The notes below the pieces were generated by a model that saw only the letters and a list, made by a program, of their open reading frames with translations, made no database searches and was not told the DNA's origin. Positions 1 to 13,503 of a stretch of DNA of 64,000 nucleotides are shown in pieces. The stretch is from Microbotryum violaceum (lineage: Eukaryota), in NCBI GenBank assembly GCA_001244265.2, contig CDLV01000006.1:310001-374000 (forward strand), written 5' to 3'. A program made the translations under genes and the position numbers. Within the stretch, counting starts at the first letter, position 1, and every line of letters starts with the position of its first letter.

Positions 1-1202
1 GTTCGCAAAGCGAGGCAATCGCCTTGTGTAGCCGGTGCACCGTGCTGAGCGCGCTGGTCGGTCGTACGGGCGGGTGTTGGGCGGGTGTTCGGCGTGAGCA
101 GGTCAGAGCAGCGCGGTCGAAACCGGTCACTTACAAGGCCAGGGCAGCCCACCACCGCACGCGCCTGCCGCTAGCTGCCGCTCGGACCTCCTCGACATCC
201 CGGCCAGGGGTTGGTGCTCACATGATTGGAATCACACTTTTGGTGGTTTCAGGAGTGTGGGGGCTGCATGGATCTAGTGGCTATGACTTTAGATAAGTCC
301 AACCCCCCTTTTCAAGAAACATTGGTTTTGCGTAGATAACTGAATATGTGAAATCTAATGGCGTTACATCGCTTTGAGACATTGCGTGCGTGTGCCCGCC
401 TGCCCGCCGCCGCGCCAGCGAGTGCCCCTTTTTCCAAGCGTTTCCTCATTCTGTGAATATCCACCAGACGAACGGTGTCATCCCTGGTACATTAAGTATG
501 TGAGACCAGAGGATTCAAATCAGTCCCTTTTTTGCATCGGCTCATTGTGTTCGTTTCCGTGGATCATCGGCGGCCAGTGACTCGATCTAGTGATAACCTG
601 CCGTCGCATACTACAGGCTCCCTCCCAACAGCCACGGGGCCACTGGGCCACTGGGCCACTGGGCCTCAACTTGCAGTCCGCGCTTTGGTGTAGACTGAAA
701 ATCCATACCTACTCCCGGGAACACCTTCCACCTTCATCGGCAAACGCTGACTCGGTCACTTGCAAGGCGCAATCGATGATTGATCAAAGAGCCGCCGCCA
801 GGCGCCCGCATCATCCCCGCGAGTACGAGTCTCGCGTACGCCCCGGTCCAGAAGCCCTATCGAAGCGGGCGGGCGTCCGGGCGTCGTTAAAAGCGCGGGC
901 GGCGTGGGCAGGAGCGACGCGGCGGCGGGCGCGCCCGCGTGCCAGCGTGGCTTGAAATTGCCCTGGCTGGGCAAGGGGGCGATTGCGCGAAGAAGAATAT
1001 CAGAGGAAGGCCTTCCGCGAGCCCAATTCGTAGCGGCGACAACTGTTGAAACGCTGCTTGCTGCCTTTGCGCCTCCTCCTGCCACTTCGTCCGTTCCACC
1101 CAGCGGCTCCCTGGCGATCGGATTGAATTCGGCCGCTGCAAGCTCGACGGGCCCTTGTCGTTGCTGCTCCCCTGCCCCCCTCCTATACCCCTTCCCCTTC
1201 GA

Positions 1203-3943
1203 ATGGAACATCGGCATTCGATCGCCATGCTACCTCGAACCACCAAATTGTCCTCGCCGCGCATGCTCGAAGAGGAGCAGTTCTATTCGTCGTCCGAGCT
1301 AGGGTTCGGGGCGGACTCCGACGGCGACGAGCGCGACGACGAGCGGCCACCGACGTCCAAACTGAGCGTCTACGACTCGACCCACGACCACGAAACCACT
1401 CCCAGCCTGGGCGATTCACTTCGGAGGTCACATCGGAGCACCGGCAACGGCATGAGCATGGGCACGAGCACCAGCTACAAGATATCTCAACAACTCCGGA
1501 GCCCGCCGCGGCTACTCTACGTCGTGGTCGTCTTGACCGTCCTGTTGATCTACTGCATCTGGCGCAACCCAAAACTAACCCACCAGCTGCCGCGCAACTC
1601 GCTCTTCGGCCACGAGCAGCATCCCGTGTTGGCACCGCTCGACGACTCGGATCTTGAAGTAGCCCACTATGAGCCACCACCACCTGTACCGGCGGCTGAA
1701 TCGATCCAGGCGGGCAAGAACAGGGAGGCCGCCGAGGAGGCTGTCCAAACCATGATGAACAGCTACGTCTGGCAACTCAAGCCGGTGCATGAGAGTTTGT
1801 CGAATATGCTGAAGACGTTGAGCAAGGTAAGTCGTTTTTGTGTGGAGGTTATCCCTGTGCGAATACGCGTGCCCTGACCCAGTCGGTGTCGCGCGCGGAC
1901 CCTCGTCTGCACAGGAGGATCTGCGGGTACGGCAATGGTTGATCGAGACGCGACCCGTTTCGATGGCTGGGACTCCGGTGGGATTGGCGAGCTCGAGCTC
2001 GTCACCGAGAATACGCGAAGGTCCCGCGATGGCTAGGATCGGCAGCGGCCCCGGCAAATATATGGCAGGTGCTCGAGACAAGTCAGTCAACTCCAGCTCT
2101 CGACGGCGTTCCTTCTTACGCAAAACTTACCTCAATATTGCCTTCTCTCTCCGAACTATTTCTTGATGACCGTGCAGATACGACGATCTTGTGCGCGAGT
2201 ATGAAACGGGACGACCGAGCACGGGCTGCCCTTCGATGCCGTGGGCCATAAACTACACCATCCTTCACAACGCGATCTTGCAAGGCAAGAAACCTGTCAA
2301 AGTCTTCCAAGCGACATGTCCGGCCACCGCAAGCTGCGGGGGGATAGCCGATCGGTTCGTAAACCTATCTTTTGTTCGGCGGAGGGCAATGCAGTGCCAG
2401 ATTTGACTTGCGCAGGCTGACCTCTCCTCTGTTTTGCACAGATCGCTTGGACTCTTCACATCATTCCTGTACGCCATCCTTACCGATCGAGCCTTCTTCA
2501 TCGAGTGGGACAATTGGCCGTTCGAGCTCCTTGCCGACGCCGTGCACATCGACTGGAGTCAGCCGACCGACATGCAGACAGGTCTGGCACGTCACCCCAA
2601 GATGGGCGTCACGAAATCGCGTATCTTGCTGCCCATGATCGACCTGCCGGATGACTACGTCGATGCCTTCCTTATCATGCGGATTTGGTCTCATATGCGA
2701 GATCACCCCTTCTGGATCCGGGTAAGCTTTGCTCGATCCCAGTCTCGAGTAGATTGCAGCCTCCGGGGAGACGTGTTCCTGACCATCCCGGCACTCCGCT
2801 CTCTGATAGTTCTGGACGAACCGTGGTGCGGTGTTCAGATCTTTTAACTATGGAGGAGTATCGGACGTCTTGAAAGAGAAGGGATTGGTGCGCTCTTCAG
2901 CGTACGCGTGCTTGTCCGAGTACTTATTCCGACCCAAGGCGAATGCGTTGCGCTTCATGGTTCAATACACGTCACTGTTCGCGCTCCCCTCCGTGTTTTC
3001 GGTCGCCTTGCAGATCCGCACGGGTGATCAAAGCATGGTAAGCACGAAAGATGGCGTAACTGGGTACGAAGCGGGCTCGCTAACGTTTGGCTTTTGAACG
3101 CGCAATAGGAATTCGCAAAAAACGATCATTCGGACGCAGCATCGCATCGAGCCTTTTTCGAATGCGCCGAAAAGGTTTCCGCTCGCCTAGCGCGACCCGA
3201 TCAAAAGATCGTCTATTACCTCGTTTCCGATTCGGAGGCGCTTAAACGTGCCGCGCTCAACCAGTACGGTGACCGGGTCATCCTGAGTGGACTCAGCGCC
3301 GCCCATCCCGAAATCGCGGCGGAGGATCTCAATCCGGTCGAAGAGAAGAAACGAGTGCTCGACGGAGCGAGCGAGGCGTTAATTGAGGGATGGCTATTAG
3401 GCAGTGAGTATACTTTTTTTCTTCTTTTTTCTTCTTCTTCTTTTTCTTTCTTTCTTGGGTCTTAATGACAGGGCAATTGCTGATCTGTAGGATTGTCGAT
3501 CCCTCCTGCGCTACAGAAACCGACTTTCAAATTTTGTCCACCGACAGTGGCTTTGGCAAGATTCGTGAGTCAAGTCGTGCACGAGCGATACCACGGGGTG
3601 GAAGAGCCACTGCTAATCCGCACCTGTTTTCTTGATTGTGCAGCGGTTTGGTCAGCCGGAAAGGAGGGGCGAACAATACAAATGCCCAAAACAGAGACTG
3701 GCATCGATTGCTCTAGTCCAGATGCGTACGTGGATACTAGACTCCCGGCCTCATCTGTATGCGAACGCTCATTTTATTCCCGTTTCTCGTCATTCGTTGG
3801 TCCATGTAGCATTGCAAGCTTCGACAAGATGGCAGCTTCATGGTAGGTTCAGCTAGTCCGGTTCGAGAGTTCGAAGGCGACGATTATATGATGAAGCTGA
3901 TTCCATGAGCAATGTGATTTTCCTCGACAGGTCACTCGGATAG
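1203..3943 (+). CDS. Multi-exon type II membrane glycosyltransferase, fucosyltransferase-like fold (GT11/GT23/GT37-type motifs)
   Basis: N-terminal TM LLYVVVVLTVLLIYCIW. Spliced motifs CGGIADR-SLGLFTSFLYAILTDRAFFIEW, ALQIRTGD, YYLVSDS and TDSGFGK. Exons join in frame at GT-AG sites; last exon gives ...MAASWSLG* (TAG 3941-3943). Confidence 0.7.
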
Positions 3944-4637
3944 ATCCTCATGTGCGGCACATCACGTTGGCGCAAGATTGATCTCAGACTCCATACATTC
4001 GCATGGTGCGGCCCAAAAGAAGATTTGTCCGCTTCTGCCAAAATTCGTGGTTGGGCGACGGGGACTTCGACCTGTGCTCCGGCCTTTTTTCTATCTCTCG
4101 TCTTGATTGTGACGACGTCGTTTCCTTTTTGCGTTGGCTTCTCTCATCCCTTCCTCACGTGCCTTTCCCCGATTTGCCTTGGGGCTTGCTTCATCGTTTT
4201 GTAACACCATCACGCATACAGAAAGACTTAGACTCTTTCACATGGACATTTTTTTTTATCTTGTCTTCCCTACCTACTGCTCTGACTTTCTTTTTTTTCT
4301 TTATCTACCTACTCTTAGTCTATATCTTCCCCAATGTCGGACCCCGAGTCGTCCGTTTAATTTGTGTAGATCAGCAATGTATCTCTACCTGCATTATACA
4401 ACATACGTCGCTGTCGCGCCTATATTTCAGTCGATGGCCCTTCAACGATGGAGAGTCAGCGTGACGCTGGCATGTCATATCGGACACGTAAAACTGCAGC
4501 GAAATGTGTGAACGGGTGACTCGCAGCCCACGTAGCGATCCTTCAGGTTTTCGGCATGAGACACCCACCGGCCGCGATACTCCCCCTTCGATTCTCATCG
4601 CGCAGCGCTCAGCGGACGCCCAAATTCGTAATTCCCT

Positions 4638-7358
4638 TCACCGATGGAACAGCGAATTATTTCTATTGAGGAACTGCATCACGTCCAATCGGTCATCGTC
4701 ATGGGCCAGGGTTAACTTGTGATGCGCGAACTGGAGCGTATTCCCAGCGACGCCGTATTGAGGCCACTCTCGGACTACGCGAGAAGCGGGTGAACGGGCA
4801 AGTTAGGGATGATACTCCAATATGCGCTCCCGGGTCTTAAATGTGATTTCTTTGCTACTTACGACCTGGTCCGTTAGGAGTCATGTGGTCGACAAAGTTG
4901 CTGGTAGCAGAGCGAGTGGCACGCGAAAAAGGCGATCGCGTGCAACTTCAAGGATTAGCTCAGATCCACAGAGCAAGTCCACACAGAGATGGTGCAGTTC
5001 ACTCACATGAGATAGGAAGTCATGTGACGACTCAGACGGTGGATCTCGCTATCGCTTGAGTTGGGGCGACCCCACCAAGCCGATAGGTCCGCTCCGTCTT
5101 GCACTAGTAAGGCAGAGGGAACGGCGCAGTCTCGGTCAGCTCTGGATTATTGGGAAGAACATCGTAAGACTTTACGAGTATAGAAGCCCACTCACCCCCA
5201 AGTCTCGGGTTTGCCCCTTCCCGCGGTTCATTCCAAACATAGTTCCAAGCCGCTTCATCGAAATCCTTCGGCGTCTCCCTCAAGAGATATCGTCTCGGCG
5301 CCTGGAAGAACACATCGCCTAAAAGACTCGAACATTGTTTGTATGCGGGGGAAAGATCAAAGGTCTCGTTACCGGTGTTGTAAGGTGATCCTTCGTTGAG
5401 TTTGTTGAAGGGATAATATTGCCAGATGGGTTCGAGCCAGTCTTGGATCCCGCCAAAGGCGAACGAGAAGGCATCTGAGCGTGGGGCAGGGGAGGAGATT
5501 AGATGCTCCATGACACGGAGTTGGGACCCTCGAGAACTCTAAATACTGACTCACGTTGCAAAGCATCTTGGACAGCCTGCTGGGATTCGAGTTCCGGACT
5601 TGCGAATCTACGTTGGCCCAACCCAGTCGCTGTTCAGGAAACGCTCAGGACGTGATCAAGCCTCCGGGGACTGCCCTTGTCCCTTCGTCTATGACACTTC
5701 CCATGGTGATCGGCACCCTGTTATAGACACCTCTGGCGATCCTCTCGCTCGGTCGAACGTCGATCCATGCGCCCTCAAACTCTCCTTCAAGGACCTGTCA
5801 TTGCGTCGGCGTCAGTCCTCATATCAAAGTGATCCGTGCTTTATAGACAACAACAAAACTCACAGGGTACCAAGGGAACCAACCATTGACTCCATAGGGG
5901 TCACTCAGTGTTCTCGTAGTATCCATAAAATACTCGATCGACAGCTCCCGCAAGCATTGGGTTAGCCTGACATTGGAAGGCGGCCCGTACCGTCTCGTGC
6001 TGCTCTGGGGGCGGACATGAAGAGGGTGCTGCGAGGGGGTGCAATACCCTTGCTGCGGCATCGTGCGGCCAGGGAACAGGAAACCTCATTCGATTAAAAT
6101 GCGAAACGAGGGGGTCAAACTTTATTTGCGGAATGCGAAAACTTTGGCCTTTGGCATGACTCACGAAGATGGGCCTCCCGACATCATAAAGGCGGCTCTG
6201 AATAGCCCAGGCGACGAGTAGAGCTGATGCAATCCAACCGACATCGCCCCAGCACTATGGCCCACAAGTGTTACCTGAAAAGAGCGATAATCCCGACAAT
6301 GAGCCTGGCGGGCTTGCACAGGACACACAGCGGGACCCACTTTCCGTCTCACTCACAGCTTTCGGATCTCGGCCAAATTTCTCAATTTCGCGCTGTACCC
6401 ACTCCATCGCCACGAGCTGATCCTTGAGCCCGACGTTCAGGTCGCATTCTTTAGGCCTCAGCGTGGGTATATGGGGTGGGGTGGGCGGTGTGGCCGTAAT
6501 CCCTAAGGCGGCGAGGCGGTAGCTGTGCGGCCAAGAGTATTTAGCCTTCAAGCCGGTTTATATGATTCGGAATCCCGAATTGTGCTCGGCTTACTTTATG
6601 GACACGATGATAACCGGCTTCTGCATCGACTGGGCTCGGTCCATCAACTGGCCGGGGTCGTAGCGCGGACCTGCGGCGTACCCCGCGACATAGGCTCCTA
6701 ACAAGAGAGACGGGAAGCGTAATCTACCCGTCAACCCTTCTATACCACCCAGCACGGCTGTGTTCCCTTTCCCGCTTACGCACCTCCATGAATCCACAAC
6801 AGCACTGGAAGTAATCGACCGGGTATTTTGAGCCGGGGTGAAGACGTTGATCCTGGAGAAGATCGTCGTTGAGCGTCACCCTCGGCAACACGAACATTCC
6901 AAACTTGTCAGTCCGAACCTCAGACAATCTTCGGATCCGTCGTAGCCTTGCTGGCCGGGCATATCATTCGTCCGCCTCGCACAGCCTTGATCCCATTCAG
7001 TGGCATCGACAACGGCATCCCCGTACCCGTCGGCCTCCCCATCAACCTGCGCTCGGACCGGGACCAGGTAGGATTGTCTGAACCTCGTTGGCTGATGGGC
7101 GTAAGGGATCGACAGCCACCCTGTGTATGGATGTTTGACCCCGGAGGACTGCTCGTAGAGTTTCCCCCGGTACCTCGTTTCGGAAGACCGAATGATCGTG
7201 TCGACCGGCTCAGCGTTGGGGCCATCGAGGCGCTGCTCTTGGGGTACCTCCCACTGCTCTGGATCCAAGTAGAGAAATTGCCCGTATAGTAGACGAGCAA
7301 TAAGGAGAAGGAGGGAATTAGGAAGCGTTTGGGGATCCGTACGCGCTCGGCGAGCCAT
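4638..7358 (-). pseudogene. Type-B carboxylesterase/lipase, apparently disabled
   Basis: Motifs SIPYA, SEDCLRINVFTP, LPVLLWIHGG, LNVGLKDQ..AMEWVQ, GHSAG nucleophile elbow and IDEGT acid. Frame switch between INVFTP and LPVLLWIHG (~6820-6835). Expected catalytic His position reads LGVQDGADL (GAC at 5096-5098). Confidence 0.75.
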
Positions 7359-7450
7359 TCCCACGCTGCCGGGTATGATACCAGAAGCCGAAGCGGGTAT
7401 CGACGAGCACGGATATGAGCACGACCTGAAGAGTGAGCGTAGAGAGGGAG

Positions 7451-7989
7451 GAGGGAGGAGGGACCAGACACAAGGAGGGACCAGACACAACGGGCACGTG
7501 ACACGGAGCACCATGGCAGACCATGGCGGCCGCGCGCGGCTAATATCAAGTCCGCGGACTACCGCTCCATCCTGCAGAAGTAGGTAGCAGAACTGTCAAA
7601 GAGTTTTATGAAAAGAAGATGATCACTCTGTAAAACTGTAGAGACGAGAGGACACGAGAGGAGAGAGGAGAGAGGAGAGAGGAGAGAGGAGAGAGGAGAG
7701 AGGAGAGAGGAGAGAGGAGAGAGGAGAGAGGAGAGAGGAGAGAGGGAGGAGGGACCAGACACAAGGAGGGACCAGACGAGGAGAGAGGAGAGAGGAGAGA
7801 GGGAGGAGGGACCAGACACAAGGAGGGACCAGACACAACGGGCACGTGACACGGAGCACCATGGCAGACCATGGCGGCCGCGCGCGGCTAATATCAAGTC
7901 CGCGGACTACCGCTCCATCCTGCAGAAGTAGGTAGCAGAACTGTCAAAGAGTTTGATGAAAAGAAGATGATCACTCTGTAAAACTGTAG
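7451..7989. repeat. 191-bp direct repeat (7451-7641 and 7799-7989) flanking a (GAGAG)n microsatellite
   Basis: Copies differ at one visible base (gagttttatg vs gagtttgatg). GAGAG tract ~7656-7744; partial third copy ~7742-7777. Confidence 0.95.
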
Positions 7990-8808
7990 TGACTTGAAGT
8001 CCCAATCAAAACCCCAAGTAAGGGCCACAGAATCAGTATCACACGACATCTTATTCCAGGATCGTTGGGTTGCCGTGGCGATCGGGCCCGGTCCAGCGTG
8101 TCCGAGCGGAGGCTGTGCTGCGTGAGAATACTAGTAGGCGCAAGTAGCCATTCCCAACGACCTTCTGGGAGCTATGACGCTGCATTCATTCACACACAAT
8201 TCGGTAACAGGCTTGCTTGGCGAAGATTGAGTCCGGGTCTTCGGAGGCCCGACGACGATAAGTTCGGTCGACTTTCTCGGAAGTCTTGAATCGGCTCGAT
8301 CATCTGGAGGACCCTCGACTCGGATCTGTGTTTTTTTGTCTCACTGCCACGAGCCGGGCTGCATCTGGCCGTGTAGCATTGATCACTACGTAGGTAAGCA
8401 CAACTATGTTTGTGAAAATTGTAAGAGGAGGAGCAAGTCTCTCGCACCCAGCACGCAATGTTCAATGACCACGCTGCGGTGGCTTCGATCGGGATGACAT
8501 TTCGCCAAGCTCCGTCATGCCACCCATGCCACTCAGAATATGTGTAAAGCTCGAAAGCTGAGCCGCTGCCGGAGTCGCGCGCCTGTGTCTCAGGCTCTTA
8601 GCTTGGCCATGCTTGGCCCAGCTTTGTCCCATTGTGGTCGATTGCGGTCACGCTGGGCTGGCTACGCTAGGCGGCGGAGTAGGCGCGCTCGACGGTTGTA
8701 GACGGTTGTTTCGCTTCCTGTTTCGCCCTTCGCGGCTGGCTCACCTCCTCTGTTGATCGTTTTCTTCGCTCCCACCCCACTCGTTCCCACCCCGAGCTTG
8801 CATCAGCC

Positions 8809-11393
8809 ATGCTGCCGACCCTTACTGCAACCTTACTGCCCCTTGCCGCGCTTGTATCGGGAGTTGTCGCCCAGTCTGACAGCTCGTCGTCGCAGTGTGA
8901 GTGCCTGCTCCGAGCTGCTGTGCTGCAGCCGCCACTGGGCTGGCCAGCTCCGCTCAGAGGGTTGCGCCGTGGAGCCAATAGCGAGCATGAGCTGATGATG
9001 CAATTGCGACCGGACTCTTGTATGGCATGTCACGTCCCACCTTTTCGCAGTCTGGCATGACCGATACCATGGCTGTGAGTGTGTGCAGCTCTTCGTTCAT
9101 CTCGGAGCTTCTTCATAGCTCGCCGTGCATGTTGGGTCAGACTCGTGCCCATCGCTCAACGTTCAAGGTTTAACGCCAGACGACGTGGTGCTCTCTTTCG
9201 CACGCGCACCCCCGGGGCACTGCGCCCAGCATTTCCGCCCACGGTGCGCAGTACACCTGCCTCGTTTGCCCTTCACTCAACCCGATGAGACCACATCTCT
9301 TGTTGTGGTGCATGGGACAGCAGGAGCGACGATGCCATGACTTGTTGTTGCGCACTCCGTATCCCATGCTGATCAGAGTCATGCACTCTTCTTTCTTCCT
9401 CCTGCGGGCCCGCGCCCGGACTATGGCGATCTCGTGGCATGTTCACGATCCCTCGTGGAATTCATCGAATCACGTGCGGTCGCGTGACCTGTGTCGTCTC
9501 GATCAATGCCTCGTCGCACTGCACCGCGGATATGACCCATCGTCATGATCTGCACTCTCAGTGCTCTCAATGTCGTCCTATGGAGATTACAAGAACAAGT
9601 GCAGCCAGACCTTTACCGCGGCGTCGTTGGCAAAGTCCTACCCCATAGCACCGAGCGGCCGTGGACTGTCCTCGATGAGTGGGGACCGACCTCGCAGGGT
9701 CTTTCAGGGTTCATTGCAGAAGTTGCAGGTCAGTCCTCGTTCTTCTTGTGTTGCTCCATGCACTTTGATGCCTTTTGCGACGATCCAATCCCGTGCTCCC
9801 CGTTCGGCCACCGCCATGGCTTCCAAGGCTACTGGGCTCGGGAAAATGGGCCACGTGGGCATAGGAAATACAGCACAGAGCGGTGTCACGTCGGCAGCGT
9901 TCGCTGACACGCAAAAACCGCATTTGCATCCATCGTGTCTTGCAGAAATGGACAAGGTCGGTCGGGTTTTCGACTCGCCTTCATCTCGGAAAGTCGGAGC
10001 TCCAGAACTGAGATAATCACCCCTTCTCCTGGACTTTCCTAGGTTGTCATCGTTTTCGGGGGTGTCTATGACTGGAAAAACCTCGATGCGACGCCGATGC
10101 GAATCAACGAGGCGATCAACATTGGCCAGGGCTGCGGCAATCAGACCTGCACGGCTCACACTGCTGCCGTGGAAGCGTGTACGTTTCCTCGAGCTACGAC
10201 TCAGTCTTCGTGACACTTCGAGCGGTTCGGTGATTAGCTGTACTGATTTCACTCAACTTGTGGAACCTTGTCCCTATCTGGGAACATAGACCTCGAGGCC
10301 AAGAACCTGACCAACGACTGGGCCATCGCTAAGCAGGCAGTCGAAGCATCCGGTCACCAATGGTCGATCACGGGCCACGCCTTCGGTGGCATGGTTGGTT
10401 TGGTCGCTGCTTTGGGTCAGTCCGAATTCACACCGGCTCGGCTTGATTAATCCATGTAGTCATGAGTCATCGCGCCTAATTCGATTTCCCGTCATCTGTG
10501 CCACCAGATCTTGGCTACCGCGGCCTGTCACACTGGTCCCATGCGCAAGGTACCCCTTGCGTGTTTAACTCTGCCGCCGCCAAGTTGTACAACTCACTAT
10601 ATCAGGGTGAGGCCGGCCAACGCACGGTCTACGCCAACGATGCGGCCGTGAATTTCATTCCCGAGTCGGATAACTGCACCCACACTCTGCAAGGCTTCCA
10701 CATTTATGGAACCAACTCGACTTACGGTCTGAACTACGACATCTGCAAGTACGTGCAGCATACTAGGCCCTACGATACTCACCTGGCCTATCTCTGATCG
10801 CATTCGCACATCACGCGGGTCTTGCCTGCTCACAGCGAAGTCGGCGACCCCAACTGCCTCGGCGGTGATAATCCCGAAGATAACCTTTACTACTACACTC
10901 CTGTGAGCACCACTCATTTGGGGCACTGTCCAAACATCTGCCGGGTCTAATGCTGATTCCCTTGACTGTGCTTGCGCTGTTGCCTTTCTCGATCGCAGAT
11001 CGGAGAATGCGGCATTCCCAGTGTTGTAAACGTGACGCTTGAAGACGCCGTCGTTGCTGCCGAGGCTGCTGCCTACGCCAGAGAGCACCACAACACTAGC
11101 ATTGCTACTGCACCCGTTGGTGTGTCTACGACGACGAGCGAGCCACCCACAACCACGGCTAGTGACTCCACGACAAGCCCCACGACAAGCCCCACGACCC
11201 CACGACAAGCCCCACGACAAGCCCCAACACCCCAGGCTCCTCGGGAACGACGCCGCCGCCTTCGACGGGCACCAGCATCAACGCTTTCTCTACCGCAGCC
11301 AGCAGCTCGAGTCGCTCGAGCAGTGCCTACGGCATGAGCCTCATGCCGAGCTTGATGGGTTTACTGCCCGTCGCTTTCGCGTTGCTCGCATAA
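8809..11393 (+). pseudogene. Secreted class-3 lipase-like protein with Ser/Thr-rich stalk and GPI-like signal; catalytic residues substituted and frameshifted
   Basis: Signal peptide MLPTLTATLLPLAALVSGVVA. Spliced KVVIVFGG, ITGHAFGGM (Lipase_3 GHSLGG position), GTPCVFN and EDNLYYY. Frameshifts at C4 9641-9644 and in the PTTS repeat near 11198; hydrophobic tail SLMGLLPVAFALLA* ends 11393. Confidence 0.7.
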
Positions 11394-11763
11394 TTTGGCC
11401 ATCGCCCCGTACGCAGAACTGCAAGCCGCGCTGGGATTCCTTGCGCATCTCTCCAACTTTTTAACCCACCACCATCTTACATCGACAATTCTCGTTGCGA
11501 CATCGTGTGCGGACCCAGCCAAGCTTTAGAATCGATACCCTTCAGCAATCGTTCCCTCGAGGCCTACTTGGAATACCGCCGTCATCGCTCCAGTCGCCGC
11601 CCAATGCCCCTAATGAAAAAGTATCGCCTCAGCATCACCCTTCCGCGATCCTACCCCGTCCCCCCCCCCCCCGCACATCCCCTTCCATGGCCTAGCTCGC
11701 CTTTGCCCCTGTCCTTTTCGCTCCTTCGCGAATCGCTCCCCTCTGTTGAACCTCCGTTCAAGG

Positions 11764-12470
11764 ATGGTGAGAAGCGCGCTTCTCACTCTCCTTTGCTTCT
11801 TTCCTTCCCCCTCTTCTCGGCAAAGACATTTCTCTCCGCGCTTCAATTTCTCCGTTCTGCTGTACATAATCAAACCTGCATATTCCGCCCACGTACCGGC
11901 TCTCCTTTTGCAAAGCAATCGTGGCTTACCTTGAAGATGACGGAAAACTCGAGCAACTTTTGCATCATCGATGCCAAGTGTAGGAACCTCGGCCTTTCGG
12001 AGAGGCTCCCGAGGAAGAAGCCACTTGCTTGCCCTTACAGCGCCTGGGCGCGGCCACGTGGTCTGGTTGTACTCGGTCTCTATCTGACCGTCTTGGCCGT
12101 CTTAGAGCACCAGCGTGGGCATTCTTTCACTCGGCAGTGCACCGACTTGGACATACTCCCCGCCCCTTCGCGTCAGGAAGTGGTTGGTCGCCACCGTTTC
12201 GTTGTCCGACAGTGGGTTCCGATCATTCAACGTCACCACGCCCAATCTCGGACGGGACTCCGACAGGTGCCCGGACTCGAATTAGTTGCAGGCGACCAGC
12301 GCAGCGCTACAAACTGGTTTCCTGGATCCCGTGCGCACCATCGACTCAGGCGCAGTACATCCTTCGTCGGATTCGTGCAGGCCGGCAACCCAATCGCCTC
12401 ATTCGTCGACCGTCCTCGACGCTGGGTTCTCCTGGGTTCGCTCGCTCTGCTGGTCGCGGTGGGCTACTAG
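11764..12470 (+). pseudogene. Possible degenerate small secreted/GPI-anchored protein gene (Kre9/Knh1 N-terminal-like?)
   Basis: Hydrophobic start MVRSALLTLL, then fragments LYIIKPA, YLEDDGK, LGLY and FNVTTPNLG in different frames. Hydrophobic end WVLLGSLALLVAVGY*. No single clean spliced ORF found. Confidence 0.3.
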
Positions 12471-13503
12471 TATGATCTGGGCGATCACTTCGAGCTCCTT
12501 CCCACGCGATCGATGTGAGACAAGCCAGTGCCAACTTTCGAGCTCGCCATGCCTTGATGCAACGCGAGAAGCAACCCAGACGTGCTGCAGGTCGAGTCCC
12601 ACTCTGGATGTTGCTAGCGCATTCCGTTTGTTGTCCGATCCCTTGCGCTGTGGAGCTCGGGTTGAGAGAGGTCGATGAGGATCCGGAATCAGTTCGTCTC
12701 ATTGCCTCTCAAATCCTCTTCGACCCAACTAGCCATGGTGAATACGACCTATTGCTTGCGATCGGGAACGTTCTGCATGCGCTCTGCGAACAACCAAATT
12801 TCGTACATTCCTGGCAAACTTGATCAGTTGAAAGAGCGGTTGCTCGAGGAGACCTATGCCTCTCTGAAACGCGGGTCATTGGCACAGTGGAAGTGAATCA
12901 TCGCTTATGCGAGCCCTCTGTTGACACGTCCGACGCCACGGCGGAACGCTGCACGCAAGCCATGAGACGAACTGGCTGTTCAAAAGCGCCAAAAAGCAGT
13001 CTGGTACCTGGTGTCGGTGGAAGTTGTTCGTCTCTTCACCCATCCCCTCAAACACTCTCTGTGGCGGCTCCTCGGTTAACTTCTTGGGCTGCGCATCGCC
13101 ACATAACCCGTCGCCGACGATCCCGGGCCGTCGAAGTCAAGGGGGTGGTATTTCAGCAGGCGCTACTTTAAAGCTTTGCTCCCGGATACATGTGCCCGTG
13201 ATTTGAACGCCTTTTGGTTGGCTTTGCGAATACTTCCACGACGGGTCCGGCTTCAAAAAACATTTTGGTCCAAGGCTCTTTGTGACTCCTAACAGGGATA
13301 CGAATCGACTGTGCAGCATGCACGTCTCAATCGCTGAACCCTTTTCTTCACAATAGAGCAATTACGCACGTTCCGTTAAGTCATTGGTAAAAGTTGTTCC
13401 ATAAATTTGGGATGTTTCATTTGAAGCACGCAAGCCGAAGGCGAGAAAACGACATAAATCTCAACTACAGTCAGACTCGATCTGCACTTGATGCAATCGC
13501 TGT

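Noticed and set aside
4200-4403. TGTAACA...ACA pyrimidine-rich stretch as a solo LTR
   Set aside because: No TSD or second copy; compatible with 3' UTR sequence between convergent genes.
7559-7897. ORFs with SPLSSLL repeats
   Set aside because: Translation of the GAGAG microsatellite.
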